Below, in pieces: positions 1 to 10,377 of a stretch of DNA of 25,715 nucleotides. Where the stretch lies: NCBI GenBank assembly GCA_031422435.1, contig JANPLU010000110.1, positions 1 through 25,715 on the forward strand, written 5' to 3'. The notes beneath the pieces are model-generated. The model was not told the origin of the DNA. It searched no databases and was given only the letters and a program-made list of their open reading frames with translations. The first letter of the stretch is position 1; each line of letters starts with the position of its first letter. Position numbers and translations under genes: made by a program. Source of the DNA: Acaryochloridaceae cyanobacterium VAR_48_metabat_390 (GTDB taxonomy: Bacteria > Cyanobacteriota > Cyanobacteriia > Thermosynechococcales > Thermosynechococcaceae).

Positions 1-133
1 GAATTATTGTGTCAATGCGCGATGCTGAACCGGATGATTCAATTGGGTAAGCCTGTCAGTGTTCCAGTTGCTGCTTAATCCAACCTCAATAAAGGGGGAT
101 TTCTGTCCTAGATTCCACTTATGCAACAACGCC
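1..133 (+). mobile_element. Right end of an IS5-family (IS903 group) insertion sequence
   Basis: Frame +1 at 1-78 reads ELLCQCAMLNRMIQLGKPVSVPVAA*, like the IS903-type transposase C-terminus (ALNKMTKAGMPESVRIA). The terminal sequence read inward from 133 is GGCGTTGTTGCATAA, resembling the IS903 IR GGCTTTGTTGAATAA. Confidence 0.8.
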
Positions 134-951
134 GTTTCAAGAGCCACTTTCTCTAGACCACCATTGCTCTCTATCTTTTCTGTTGTTGCCTGCTGGAGCA
201 GAGAAATGTGGGAAAACTGTCGGAACCGTTCTGGCTCGGATAGCCAGTATTCTACGCCTGCATCGAAAGGATTAGCAGATACTGCGACAATGGATAAGGC
301 TTTTGTTTCATCAAAATTTAGTCCTATTAGGTCTTGCAGGCGCGAGAGAACATTCTGCTTTTTGATGTCGAAGTTCTGCTGATAATCTTCTTCGTCTGCA
401 ACGTCGGCTACTTCGTCAAAACGGCTGAGAACAAACACCGTACGCGGTAACAGATTCAGTTCACGGAAAAGCCAGTTCAGTTCGCTTGTGTGACTTTCCT
501 TGAGTGGATTAGTGGAGTTCATCACGTACAGGACGAGATGTGCCTCGCTAACGTATTTTCGGGTAATATCCTTGTACTTTTCTTGCTCTCCAGTGCTGTC
601 GCTGAACTTTTCTTTGTAGCCGAACAACCCTGGCGTGTCGATCAGGGTTAAGTCATCAGAAACGTCATATACAGCCACGGTATTGGAAGATTCTTGATGG
701 TTGATGTTCATATCAGACTGAAGCTTGCCCAACCACGCCGCCGCAATCGATGTCTTTCCTTCCGAAAAGCCACCGATTAGGGTTATTTTCAGTTTTGAAT
801 TGCCTGCAATAGACTGTTGCAACTTTTCTTTAAGGGCAGGATCGATGGACACACCTGCCGCTTCTCCTTGTGCTAGAAACTCCAATAGCTTGTCTTGAAT
901 GATACGAGCTTTGGTTTGCTGTTCTTTAAATGTATCCAGGCTCGCATTCAT
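134..951 (-). pseudogene. leoA: LeoA/HP0731-like dynamin-like GTPase, 3'-truncated by IS insertion
   Basis: G1 GGFSEGKT, G3 DTPG, G4-like SRFD, and SANPF motif. Native sequence stops at codon 273 (…VALET), where the IS IR begins; the remaining ~42 aa of the ORF to position 4 are IS read-through. Confidence 0.75.
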
Positions 952-3107
952 TACAAATTTCCTTCTGTTATAATTTTTTGAGAAATCAATTCCAGCCTTT
1001 TAACAAAATCATTTAGTAATGACGTAATCTTTTGCGCCTGTATTGCTGGTAATTGAAATTTGTTCTTGATGTTGTCTAGATTACTGTGTAATTTATGCTT
1101 TTTTTCCTTTAGTTGTGAAGTACAAGTGGATTCAATAGAGCAAAATATTTTTTCGATATTTTTATCAGCCGCTTTTCGTTGTTGAGCTTTTTTGTAATCA
1201 CTATCTAAGAATGCCCATACTGCTTTCCTGAAAGACAGGATAATGCTAAATGCACCGAAGGCTAAAGCCCAACCACCACTTACAAAAATTAAGGCTATTG
1301 AGCCAAGGACAGTCGTAATCAATCCAGAAACGCTGATACCATTGTCTATCTTTATTTCAAGTTCAAAATCTGTATCGCTTATCGTCAAGGCATCATCCAG
1401 AAATTCTTGCACATGCTCTTGGAATTGTGCAGCAATATCTTTGACTTCCTCTTGGAAGGTTTCAAACTGCTTCTTAATTTCCTCAGATAATTCTTTTTCA
1501 ATCCCTTTAAATTCATATTGAATGCAGTATTCTAGACAATGCTTAAAGTTATTATTACTTATATCTTGATCAATCTTCTCATATATATATCTTCGGGATT
1601 TTTTACGCTTTTTATCAAACACTGATACGACAGTGGACTCGATATTACTGTCCAATTCATCAACTGCACTTTCTAGCTGCAAGATTGAATCGTGCGCCTG
1701 ATTTTCAAGTTTATCAAGCAGTGGATTGAAGGTAATTTTGTTCAAGTCTTGAATCTTGTCTGCTAGTTGACGAATTACGTCATTAGCTTTGTTAAAGTTA
1801 GATTTTCGTATTCTCATCTTGACATTCTCCAGCATCTCTCCCAGCTTATGGGTAAGCGAAATGAAACCAGTTTTATGCAGAATGTCGTCTGACTTCATGA
1901 CCGCAAGAAACTTACTACGATCCTTACCTTTGATATTGCCAGGGATAAAATGATCGGTAGATGCAATAAAAGCAGGGTATGCGCTCACTATCAAAGAGTC
2001 TGCATAATGCTTGCCCAATTGCTGTTTCATCTCCGCATCCAGCACTTTGAGGCTATCTAATTCACCTTTATTGACCAATTGTGGTACACGCAACTGTTCT
2101 GCGGATTTGATGCTTTTGTTAAAGATTGTCCATACCTGAGTTTGCGCACCCAGATGCTCCTTGATCTTTTCAAGAGTTCCCTTTTCCCCAGGTTTGTTAT
2201 CACCTTTTTGTGGCGGGTCGGCCTTGCGGGTCACGTAGAATACGGCATGAGCCTTCTGTAGAGCCTGCATAATGGGTTCACGTACAAGTTCTTCCTTTCC
2301 CTCAATTCCAGGAACGTCAAGCAGCACGAATTTATGGTTGTTATTTACAGTGAACTCATAACTGCTTGTTTTACGGGTAAAATCTGATTGTCCATCACCA
2401 ATTATGTCGCCGTCCTGACATCCTTTCAGCTCGTTTATTGCATTGACAATATCAGCAATCTCATTATTTTTTGAATTAATTTCAGAAATGATCTGCAACT
2501 TTTGCTGTTCATGCTCTTTAAAAGTTTTCTCATTTTTGATAATTAATTTATTTAACTCTGTTTTGACAGCAATTAATTCAGCTTTAGCTTGCATCCAGAA
2601 TGGTAGGAACTTTATTTCTGTAGTCAGTTGGTCAACTTGTAAAGTAAGTTGCTGTTCTTGTGCATTTTGCTTTTTTTGTAATACGTTAAATTGTGAAATA
2701 AATATCTGTAGCTTTTCTTCATATCGAGCAATCTCTTGGCTTTTTTGATTCCACTTATCGGCGGCATTTTCATCAATGTTGAATTTTTCGCGCATCTCAC
2801 GGAACTTCCGTCGTGCTTCTTGTTTCTTGTTTTCACCCATCAGAATGCGTAGCGTTTCGATGATAGTGGACTTTCCTGCATTGGTTTCACCATAAAAGGC
2901 CACTGTAAACACATCCCATTCGGCATTTTTGTCAAGCTCTCGCAAGATGGCATCGGTTTGTTTTTTCAATGGCGTGACATTATTTCGGGCTGTTTCAATG
3001 GCTTTGGACAGTTCTACATTTTCCGACTGTGCCTCCAGAGCATTTAGAACTGCATTGGTTTCCCTGAGCACTTCTTTGTATATGCTTTTCAGTGATGTCA
3101 AATCCAT
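951..3107 (-). CDS. LeoBC-like dynamin-like GTPase (Eleos/Dynamins defence partner)
   Basis: 718 aa. G1 GETNAGKS, a long coiled-coil insertion, DGDIIGDGQSDFT, G3 DVPG, NKS G4-like motif, and a hydrophobic hairpin near the C-terminus. Stop overlaps the leoA start (TAATG). Confidence 0.75.
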   Translation of the reverse strand: MDLTSLKSIYKEVLRETNAVLNALEAQSENVELSKAIETARNNVTPLKKQTDAILRELDKNAEWDVFTVAFYGETNAGKSTIIETLRILMGENKKQEARRKFREMREKFNIDENAADKWNQKSQEIARYEEKLQIFISQFNVLQKKQNAQEQQLTLQVDQLTTEIKFLPFWMQAKAELIAVKTELNKLIIKNEKTFKEHEQQKLQIISEINSKNNEIADIVNAINELKGCQDGDIIGDGQSDFTRKTSSYEFTVNNNHKFVLLDVPGIEGKEELVREPIMQALQKAHAVFYVTRKADPPQKGDNKPGEKGTLEKIKEHLGAQTQVWTIFNKSIKSAEQLRVPQLVNKGELDSLKVLDAEMKQQLGKHYADSLIVSAYPAFIASTDHFIPGNIKGKDRSKFLAVMKSDDILHKTGFISLTHKLGEMLENVKMRIRKSNFNKANDVIRQLADKIQDLNKITFNPLLDKLENQAHDSILQLESAVDELDSNIESTVVSVFDKKRKKSRRYIYEKIDQDISNNNFKHCLEYCIQYEFKGIEKELSEEIKKQFETFQEEVKDIAAQFQEHVQEFLDDALTISDTDFELEIKIDNGISVSGLITTVLGSIALIFVSGGWALAFGAFSIILSFRKAVWAFLDSDYKKAQQRKAADKNIEKIFCSIESTCTSQLKEKKHKLHSNLDNIKNKFQLPAIQAQKITSLLNDFVKRLELISQKIITEGNL

Positions 3108-3141
3108 GTCTACCTTTGCGTCTTTAACAATCTCAATAGAG

Positions 3142-3227
3142 TTCTAACGTTAAGCTCAACGACTGCCGCAAGCGTCCCCTTTAGCTGCCCTGATGTGTCG
3201 AAAAGTCTCTTGAGCTTAATGTTCAGT
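3142..3227. repeat. Imperfect inverted repeat, attC-like
   Basis: AACGTTAAGCTCAA (3146-3159) pairs 13/14 with TTGAGCTTAATGTT (3210-3223); ends are TTCTAAC … GTTCAGT. Confidence 0.45.
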
Positions 3228-3388
3228 GGTGTAACTCTACAGTAGGGTTCCCTCTCAGTGGCTATTTATGACCATTAAATCTCTCGCTTGGCGTTTAAAA
3301 CCGCAGCTACAAGATCCTTCTCACCCCACAAACTAGAGATGCCCTCGCGGAATCCGTTAATCTAGAGTCACATTGATAGGGCGATCGC

Positions 3389-6019
3389 ATGACTTTTGTT
3401 GGACTTCATATTCACAGCGACTACAGCATGTTAGACGGTGCCAGTCAGCTTAATGACCTGGTTACACGCGCTGCGGAATTGGGGATGCCTGCGATCGCCC
3501 TCACTGACCACGGCGTGATGTACGGGGCAGTGGGGCTACTCAAAGCCTGTAAAGGCAAAGACATTAAGCCCATCATCGGCAACGAAATGTACGTCATCAA
3601 TGGGGATATTACGCTTCAGGAGCGTCGTCCCCGCTATCACCAAGTGGTGCTGGCAAAAAATACTCAGGGCTATCGCAACTTGGTCAAACTGACCACTATT
3701 TCCAGTCTTCAGGGCGTACAGGGTAAAGGCATTTTCTCGCGCCCCTGCATCAACAAAGATTTGCTAGAGCAGTACCACGAGGGCTTAATTGTCACCAGCG
3801 CCTGCCTCGGCGGTGAAGTGCCCCAAGCCATCATGAAGGGCAGGCTAGACGTTGCCCGTCGCATTGCCCGCTGGTACAAAGATCTTTTTGGCGAAGACTA
3901 CTATATTGAAATTCAAGATCACGGTTCCCAAGAAGACCGCGTGGTCAATGTCGAGATTATCCGCATTGCCCGTGAACTCGATATCAAAATTATTGCCACC
4001 AACGACTCTCACTACATCTCTTGCTACGACGTAGAAGCCCATGACGCGCTGCTCTGCATCCAAACGGGAAAACTCATCACCGAAGATAAACGCCTGCGCT
4101 ACAGCGGCACGGAGTACCTCAAATCTGCTGAAGAGATGGCGCTGCTGTTTCGCGATCACCTGACGGATGACGTGATAGAAGAGGCGATCGCCACCACTCT
4201 AGAAGTCGCTGACAAAATCGAAACCTACGATATCTTTCGAGATCCTCAAAGCCCTTCCTACCAAGTGCCCCAAGGGTATACCCCCGAAACCTACATGGAG
4301 GAAATCACCTGGCTGGGGCTGCTCGATCGCCTTAAGGTAAAATCTCGCGCAGACATTAACGCGGAGTATAAAGAGCGGCTTGAATACGAGCTAAACATGC
4401 TTGAACAGATGGGCTACTCCACTTATTTTTTAGTCGTGTGGGACTACATCAAATACGCCCGTGACAACGGCATTGCCGTGGGGCCAGGGCGGGGTTCTGC
4501 GGCGGGTTCTTTGGTGGCCTATGCGCTAGAAATCACCAATATTGACCCTGTACATCACGGCCTGCTGTTTGAGCGCTTCCTCAACCCAGAGCGTAAATCA
4601 ATGCCAGATATTGATACTGATTTCTGCATCGATCAGCGCGAAAAGATTATTGAGTACGTTACCCAAAAATATGGCGATGACCACGTTGCCCAAATTATCA
4701 CCTTTAACCGCCTCACCTCCAAAGCTGTCCTCAAAGACGTGGCGCGGGTGCTGGATATCCCCTATGGCGAATCGGATCGCATGGCAAAGCTGATTCCCGT
4801 CTCGCGGGGTAAGCCAGCCAAACTCAAGGTCATGATTTCAGACCAGACCCCCGCCCCAGAATTTAAGGAAAAATACGACACCGACCCTAGAGTGCAGCGC
4901 TGGATAGACATGGCAATCCGCATTGAAGGCACTAACAAAACCTTCGGCGTTCACGCAGCAGGCGTGGTGATTGCGGCAGAACCGATTGACCAGGTGGTGC
5001 CCCTCCAGCGCAACAACGACGGCTCGGTTATTACCCAGTACTACATGGAAGACCTAGAGTCTCTGGGCTTACTGAAGATGGACTTCTTGGGGCTAAAGAA
5101 CCTCACCATGATTCAAAAAGCTGCCGAGCTAATTCAGCAAAATCGTCATGAGACGATTGATGTAGACCAGCTACCAATGGACGATGCCAAAACCTACCAG
5201 CTCCTTGCCAAAGGCGAACTAGAAGGCATCTTTCAGCTAGAGTCTTCGGGGATGCGGCAGGTGGTGCGCGACCTCAAACCCTCCAACCTCGAAGATATTT
5301 CATCGATTTTGGCACTCTATCGTCCTGGGCCATTAGATGCAGGACTAATTCCCAAGTTTATTAACCGTAAGCATGGGCGCGAACAAATTGAGTATCAGCA
5401 CAAAATCTTAGAGCCGATTCTCAACGAAACCTACGGCATTATGGTTTACCAAGAGCAGATCATGAAAATCGCTCAGGAGATGGCGGGGTACTCCCTTGGG
5501 CAGGCGGATTTACTGCGCCGCGCTATGGGGAAAAAGAAAGTCTCTGAGATGCAGAAACACAGTGAACTGTTTGTTGAAGGCGCTGCTAAAAATGGCGTAA
5601 CAAAGCAGGTTGCCACAGAACTCTTTGACCAAATGGTCATGTTTGCAGAATATTGCCTTGCTGCCGATACTGAGGTGCTGACGGTTGAGCATGGCTGGGT
5701 CACCATTGGGCAACTGGTGAATCAAGAATTAGAGGCACAGGTTTATACGGTGCATCCTCAAGGCTATGTTTATACGCAGCCGATTTGGCAGTGGCATCAT
5801 CGCGGCTATCAAGCGGTGTTTGAGTATGAACTTGAAAATGGCGTGGTCATTCAGGCTACGCCAGACCATCAGTTTATGACAGCAGATGGGCAAATGTTGC
5901 CCATTGATCAGATTTTTGCCGATGGCTTGATGCTACAGCAAGTGGATCTGCCCCAACTCTACGTAAAAAATCAGCCGCAGAAAAAGCTATGTCTTTGCAG
6001 CAGAATTAGTTCGCGCTAA
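3389..6019 (+). CDS. dnaE: DNA polymerase III alpha subunit, N-terminal part, with N-half of split intein
   Basis: PHP domain ([18 protein letters not shown]), [12 protein letters not shown], catalytic PDIDTD, and LLRRAMGKK; then [17 protein letters not shown] intein block A. Confidence 0.97.
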   Translation: MTFVGLHIHSDYSMLDGASQLNDLVTRAAELGMPAIALTDHGVMYGAVGLLKACKGKDIKPIIGNEMYVINGDITLQERRPRYHQVVLAKNTQGYRNLVKLTTISSLQGVQGKGIFSRPCINKDLLEQYHEGLIVTSACLGGEVPQAIMKGRLDVARRIARWYKDLFGEDYYIEIQDHGSQEDRVVNVEIIRIARELDIKIIATNDSHYISCYDVEAHDALLCIQTGKLITEDKRLRYSGTEYLKSAEEMALLFRDHLTDDVIEEAIATTLEVADKIETYDIFRDPQSPSYQVPQGYTPETYMEEITWLGLLDRLKVKSRADINAEYKERLEYELNMLEQMGYSTYFLVVWDYIKYARDNGIAVGPGRGSAAGSLVAYALEITNIDPVHHGLLFERFLNPERKSMPDIDTDFCIDQREKIIEYVTQKYGDDHVAQIITFNRLTSKAVLKDVARVLDIPYGESDRMAKLIPVSRGKPAKLKVMISDQTPAPEFKEKYDTDPRVQRWIDMAIRIEGTNKTFGVHAAGVVIAAEPIDQVVPLQRNNDGSVITQYYMEDLESLGLLKMDFLGLKNLTMIQKAAELIQQNRHETIDVDQLPMDDAKTYQLLAKGELEGIFQLESSGMRQVVRDLKPSNLEDISSILALYRPGPLDAGLIPKFINRKHGREQIEYQHKILEPILNETYGIMVYQEQIMKIAQEMAGYSLGQADLLRRAMGKKKVSEMQKHSELFVEGAAKNGVTKQVATELFDQMVMFAEYCLAADTEVLTVEHGWVTIGQLVNQELEAQVYTVHPQGYVYTQPIWQWHHRGYQAVFEYELENGVVIQATPDHQFMTADGQMLPIDQIFADGLMLQQVDLPQLYVKNQPQKKLCLCSRISSR
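5654..6016 (+). other. DnaE split intein N-fragment (121 aa)
   Basis: Starts at Cys756 after the extein …FAEY; contains block [10 protein letters not shown] (TxxH). The ORF ends without an intein C-half or the polymerase C-terminus. Confidence 0.93.
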
Positions 6020-6149
6020 AGGATCTCGTTGAAGAGATTTACGATTGATGCGATCGATCGCACAGCACGCCCACGGGGTAAGCACTTATTAACCCATAGC
6101 TAAGGTTTCTGACTACCAGCACCCGTAGTTAGCCTTGTTTTGGAGGAGT

Positions 6150-6989
6150 CTAACTGTTAACAAGCCCTGTGAGGGGAGAACTGGCGCTGGCGTAAGCTTT
6201 GACAGGAATTCGCCCAGACAAGTACGCAAGACGACCCGCGACTGTGGCAAGCCCCATTGCACGCGCCATTGCAGCAGGATTCTGGGCTTGGGCGATCGCC
6301 GTATTCACCAGTAGCGCGTCTGCGCCAAACTCCATGGCTTGAGCCGCCTCACTGGGGGTGCCAATCCCCGCATCTACCACCACAGGCACCTTGGCATTTT
6401 CAATAATGATCTGGATATTGGCTGCATTGCGAATGCCCTGACCCGAGCCAATCGGTGAGCCTAGTGGCATAACCGTGGCACAGCCTGCATCCTCCAGGCG
6501 TTTTGCCAGCAGCGGGTCGGCATTGATATAGGGGAGCACCGCAAACCCTTCTTTGACCAGCTGCTCTGCGGCTTCCAGCGTGCCAATGGGGTCTGGCAAA
6601 AGATACTTTGCGTCAGGGATGACCTCTAGTTTGACAAAATTGTTGTCCTCTTGACCTAAAAGCTTCGCCATTTCGCGCCCTAGGCGAGCTACACGCACTG
6701 CTTCTTCTGCCGTTTGACAGCCAGCGGTATTGGGCAACATCCAAATCTGAGTCCAGTCTAATGCCTCGGCTAACCCCTCATGCCCCGGAGCCTGGGTTTG
6801 TATCCGCCGTACCGCAACCGTCACAATCTCGCAGCCGCTGGCGATGATGCTTTGGCGCATCTCATCAAAGTTGCGATACTTACCAGAGCCAGTCATGAGG
6901 CGAGACGTAAAGGTGCGCCCTGCAATGATAAGGGGAGGATCTAATAGCAAAGAAGCTGAAGGGGATGGGGACAGGTCTAAAGTCTGCAT
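6150..6989 (-). CDS. thiG: Thiazole synthase
   Basis: [23 protein letters not shown] (catalytic Lys), [12 protein letters not shown] and DAGIGTPS motifs. ATG at 6989 preferred over the upstream TTG at 7013. Confidence 0.95.
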   Translation of the reverse strand: MQTLDLSPSPSASLLLDPPLIIAGRTFTSRLMTGSGKYRNFDEMRQSIIASGCEIVTVAVRRIQTQAPGHEGLAEALDWTQIWMLPNTAGCQTAEEAVRVARLGREMAKLLGQEDNNFVKLEVIPDAKYLLPDPIGTLEAAEQLVKEGFAVLPYINADPLLAKRLEDAGCATVMPLGSPIGSGQGIRNAANIQIIIENAKVPVVVDAGIGTPSEAAQAMEFGADALLVNTAIAQAQNPAAMARAMGLATVAGRLAYLSGRIPVKAYASASSPLTGLVNS

Positions 6990-7094
6990 GGATTCAGTTG
7001 AAGAAGAAGGCAATTTACCTATTGTCGCTTGGATTGGAAATGTAGCGTTATAAAATCCAAACGGAACAGATTGCGGTGGCGAGGCGGATCCAAC

Positions 7095-7164
7095 TCCAGC
7101 GTCAGAAACAGGGAACTTTTGGGCGAAGTCTAGCGTCAGGAACAGGGAACTGTATTATGGTCTA
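7095..7164 (+). promoter_or_regulatory. ECF-type promoter(s) upstream of sigG within a 23-bp direct repeat
   Basis: GGAACTT(7112-7118)-N16-GTCAG(7135-7139), and GGAAC(7139-7143)-N16-GTCTA(7160-7164). Repeat units 7095-7117 and 7129-7151 are 21/23 identical. Confidence 0.6.
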
Positions 7165-7173
7165 GTCCATCCC

Positions 7174-7833
7174 ATGACATCCAGTCTTTCTGTGCCTTGG
7201 TCAGGGGTCGAGGGGTCAGTACCTTCAGTGCAAATACCACCCCATAAACTTGCCAACAACGAGCTGGTGGCATTTTGCCAGACAAGCGGTCAACGACCTG
7301 ATCGCATCGGTTTTTCTGAGCTGATGCGTCGGCATCAGTCTCATGTAGACAGAGTGCTGTATCACCTTGCGCCAGATTGGGATGATAGAGCCGACTTAGC
7401 GCAAGAAGTCTGGATTCGGGTTTACCGCAATATTAGCCGTCTCCAAGAGCCGGTTAAGTTTCGCGGCTGGCTGAGTCGCATTGCGACCAACCTGTTCTAT
7501 GACGAACTGCGTAAGCGCAAGCGACACAAAAGCCCTTTATCACTGGATGCACCTCTTTCAATGGAAGATGGTGAGGTGAGCTGGGAGATTGCCTGTGAAG
7601 ACCCCAGACCCGATGATTCTCTGGCGACCAGTGAGTTTTATCATCAGCTTCATGTGGCGATCGCAGATTTACCCGAAGCCTTTAGAACCACCATTGTGCT
7701 GCGTGAAATTGATGGGATGGCCTATGAAGAGATTGCTGAGATTACGGGCGTTTCCCTCGGAACAGTTAAGTCCCGTATTGCCAGAGCGCGTCAGCGGCTC
7801 CAGTCTCAGCTTCAGCCTTATTTACAGAGCTAA
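7174..7833 (+). CDS. sigG: ECF (group 4) sigma-70 factor, cyanobacterial SigG-like
   Basis: Region 2 (DLAQEVWIRVY, FRGWLSRIATNLFYDELRKRKR) and region 4 (YEEIAEITGVSLGTVKSRIARAR); followed by an anti-sigma gene. Confidence 0.85.
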   Translation: MTSSLSVPWSGVEGSVPSVQIPPHKLANNELVAFCQTSGQRPDRIGFSELMRRHQSHVDRVLYHLAPDWDDRADLAQEVWIRVYRNISRLQEPVKFRGWLSRIATNLFYDELRKRKRHKSPLSLDAPLSMEDGEVSWEIACEDPRPDDSLATSEFYHQLHVAIADLPEAFRTTIVLREIDGMAYEEIAEITGVSLGTVKSRIARARQRLQSQLQPYLQS

Positions 7834-8058
7834 TTTCGCTCTAAATGTCGGGTATAAGGCTTAAGCGGTTCATCCTAATTCAAGAATCGTTGCTGCCCGT
7901 ATTCATATCAGCTCGACTCAGTGCAATAGGCTAAAGTGAGATAGAGCCTCAAAAACCGTTCAGTCCCGAGATTTATGATACGTCCTTCAAAACATAAATC
8001 TGACCTTTCATTTCTGGTCTTTTTTGACTACTCTGAGTCCCCCTTGCCGGGTCAATAA

Positions 8059-8604
8059 GTGATTCCCATGGACATCTCCATTCCCCTTCTGTCTGAAAAA
8101 TTTGAGCTTTTAAGTGCCTACCTCGATGGCGAAGTTTCCGCTACCGAACGGAAACAGGTAGAAGAATGGCTAACCTCAGATGCCGACCTCCAAAAAACCT
8201 ACCAGCAAATGCTTGCCCTCCAGGGTGGACTCAGGTCTATACCTGCGGCTCAGTCAATGCCGACTGAACAGCTTGTGAGCCAAGTAATGAAGCGTCTAGA
8301 TCGCCAACAAGCTAAGCTTTGGGCTTGGGGTAGCGTTGGTGCAGCAGCAGCGCTTGTTATTGGCGCGTTGTCTAGCCTGCTCACGGGTAATCAGAGCGGA
8401 ATGATGCAAATAGCACAGCAGCCAAAGTCCTCATCGCAATCTATTGAGGTTCCACAGCCTTCCATTCCGACGATTGCAATGCAAACGGAATCGGTCAATC
8501 CCAAGGCACTCATGATTATGTTAGAGCGTCCTGCTGTCGAAATTCCGGTTGTGCCGACTTCTAAATCGAATCGCTTAAATGACGATTCTGTATCTAATTT
8601 TTAG
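8059..8604 (+). CDS. Membrane-anchored anti-sigma factor
   Basis: N-terminal ELLSAYLDGE anti-sigma motif and a single TM segment (WAWGSVGAAAALVIGALSSLL), directly downstream of the ECF sigma. Exact start uncertain. Confidence 0.8.
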   Translation: MIPMDISIPLLSEKFELLSAYLDGEVSATERKQVEEWLTSDADLQKTYQQMLALQGGLRSIPAAQSMPTEQLVSQVMKRLDRQQAKLWAWGSVGAAAALVIGALSSLLTGNQSGMMQIAQQPKSSSQSIEVPQPSIPTIAMQTESVNPKALMIMLERPAVEIPVVPTSKSNRLNDDSVSNF

Positions 8605-8672
8605 ACCCCCGCTACGGTTAATTTCTAGAATTACCTAACGCCGCCAGTTTCGATTCTGCTTAGCCGAGCCAG

Positions 8673-9434
8673 CTAGAGACTCGTGCCGAGGTATGCGGCA
8701 ATGACGGCGGGGTCGGTCTTGACTTGAGCGGGTTCGCCAAGGGCAATAAGCTGCCCAAAATCGAGAACCGCAATGCGATCGCACAAGCCCATCACCAGCG
8801 GCACATGATGTTCAATCAGCAGCACCGTTAGGCCAAAGCGATCTCTGAGATCTCTAATAAAAGTGCTGAGGGACTGTTTTTCGTTGGGGTTCATTCCGGC
8901 AGCGGGTTCATCGAGTAATAGCAGCTTGGGCGCAAGCGCTAGGGCACGGGCAATTTCTAGCCGACGCTGATCGCCGTAACAGAGGTTTTGCGCCTTTTCT
9001 TGGGAGCGATCTTGTAGCCCTACAAGCGCCAGTAGCTCAGCCGCTTTTTCTCGAATCTCTTGCTCTTCTTGGGGTGCAGGAGCCAGCCCTAACACGCCTG
9101 TAAATACGCCGCTGCGGGTATGGACATGCTGGGCAATCAAGATATTTTCTTGAGCTGAAAGATCTTTAAAAAGCCGAATATTCTGAAAAGTGCGGGCAAT
9201 GCCCTTTGCTGCAATTTGATGGGGCTGCTGTTGCCCTAAAGGTACGCCATCAAACATCATTTGGCCTGCTGTCGGCGGAATTAGACCTGTTATCAAGTTA
9301 AAGAGCGTGGTTTTACCTGCGCCATTAGGACCAATTAGCCCAAAAATTTCGCCTTTTTTAACGCTAAAAGAGACTTGGTTGACGGCGACTAACCCGCCAA
9401 ATCGCCGCGTAAGCTGCTGCACCTCTAGCATCAT
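8673..9434 (-). CDS. livG: Branched-chain amino acid ABC transporter ATP-binding protein (LivG-like)
   Basis: Walker A GPNGAGKTT, GIARTFQNIRLF, LLLLDEPAAG, IEH. Confidence 0.9.
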   Translation of the reverse strand: MMLEVQQLTRRFGGLVAVNQVSFSVKKGEIFGLIGPNGAGKTTLFNLITGLIPPTAGQMMFDGVPLGQQQPHQIAAKGIARTFQNIRLFKDLSAQENILIAQHVHTRSGVFTGVLGLAPAPQEEQEIREKAAELLALVGLQDRSQEKAQNLCYGDQRRLEIARALALAPKLLLLDEPAAGMNPNEKQSLSTFIRDLRDRFGLTVLLIEHHVPLVMGLCDRIAVLDFGQLIALGEPAQVKTDPAVIAAYLGTSL

Positions 9435-10369
9435 GGACGCGCCCCCCGCTTAACGTTGGAGCGATTTAACAGACCCGGCGTAATCAGCCCTTGGGGGAAG
9501 AAAATGGTGCCTAACACAATCAGCAGTCCAAAAATGATCAGTCTCCCTTCTTTCAAAAATTGGCTTAGCCACTGTGGCAACCCTGGCACATCCCCGACGG
9601 CTCTTAAAACTTCAGGTAGTGCTGTAAATAGCATTCCACCCAAGACTGGTCCTAGGTAGGTGCGGGAGCCGCCGATGAGCACAAAGGTGAGGTAAATAAT
9701 ACTGGCGTCAAAGGTTCCTTGACGGGCATTCCAGGTGTTGAGGAAATGGGCGCTCAGCGCTCCTGCCACCCCTGCTAAAATTGCGCCCAGGGTAAAGGCT
9801 AAGACCTTATAGTATGTGGGGTTAATGCCCATTGCATCCGCCGCCAGCTCATCTTCACGCAGGGCAACAAAGGCACGTCCTACGCGGATTTTTTCGAGGC
9901 GGTACATAAAGGTGGCGCTCAATAGCAGCAAGGGCAACACTACCCATAGATATTCGATGGCGCTATTAAAGGGCTGCGGAATGCCAAAGATGCCGACGGC
10001 ACCCCCTGTAATGTCTAGGTTCAGCGACAGAATACGCAGAATTTCGACAAAGGCAATGGTGGCGATCGCCAAGTAAATCCCTTTCAGCCTTAGTGCCGGA
10101 ACCCCCACCAGCACCCCTAAAATGGCACAAAGGATTGCGGCGATCGCCATTTCTAAAAATAGCCAGTGCAGCGGAAATAGCTCACCCGTAGCGGGTTGAA
10201 GCACGCGAGTTGAAATAATAGCGGCAACATAGCCCCCTAACGCATAAAAGCCAGGGCTAGCCAAAGAAAGCTGCCCTGCCATCAGCGGCAAATAAAGAGA
10301 TAGCCCCAGCATTGCGCCCAATAGCATTGAAATGAGGAGAGAGCCATAAGTGGCAATAAAATCAGCCAT
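9431..10369 (-). CDS. livM: Branched-chain amino acid ABC transporter permease (LivM-like)
   Basis: Multi-TM protein with GQLSLA, LRLKGIYLAIATIAF, TGGAVG and GRAFVALREDELAA motifs. ATG at 10369 chosen to avoid overlap with vapC. Confidence 0.88.
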   Translation of the reverse strand: MADFIATYGSLLISMLLGAMLGLSLYLPLMAGQLSLASPGFYALGGYVAAIISTRVLQPATGELFPLHWLFLEMAIAAILCAILGVLVGVPALRLKGIYLAIATIAFVEILRILSLNLDITGGAVGIFGIPQPFNSAIEYLWVVLPLLLLSATFMYRLEKIRVGRAFVALREDELAADAMGINPTYYKVLAFTLGAILAGVAGALSAHFLNTWNARQGTFDASIIYLTFVLIGGSRTYLGPVLGGMLFTALPEVLRAVGDVPGLPQWLSQFLKEGRLIIFGLLIVLGTIFFPQGLITPGLLNRSNVKRGARP

Positions 10370-10377
10370 AGATTGAT

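Noticed and set aside
4..133. C-terminal 42 aa of the 315-aa ORF as part of LeoA
   Set aside because: It is antisense read-through into the IS end; the IR and transposase tail are visible on the + strand.
59..3147. Plus-strand ORFs 59-382, 1243-1521, 2079-2261, 2443-2748, 2929-3147 and minus-strand 2624-2836
   Set aside because: Antisense or alternate-frame shadows of the dynamin genes, with no recognisable motifs.
3233..3249. Small palindrome AACTCTAC-A-GTAGGGTT / possible NtcA site upstream of dnaE
   Set aside because: Does not fit GTA-N8-TAC and is too short to support alone.
3845..5725. Short ORFs inside dnaE
   Set aside because: Shadow ORFs of a conserved essential gene.
7975..8058. 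27-codon ORF in frame with, and ending immediately before, the anti-sigma GTG
   Set aside because: No motif or RBS support; the anti-sigma domain is already complete downstream, so it is likely chance.
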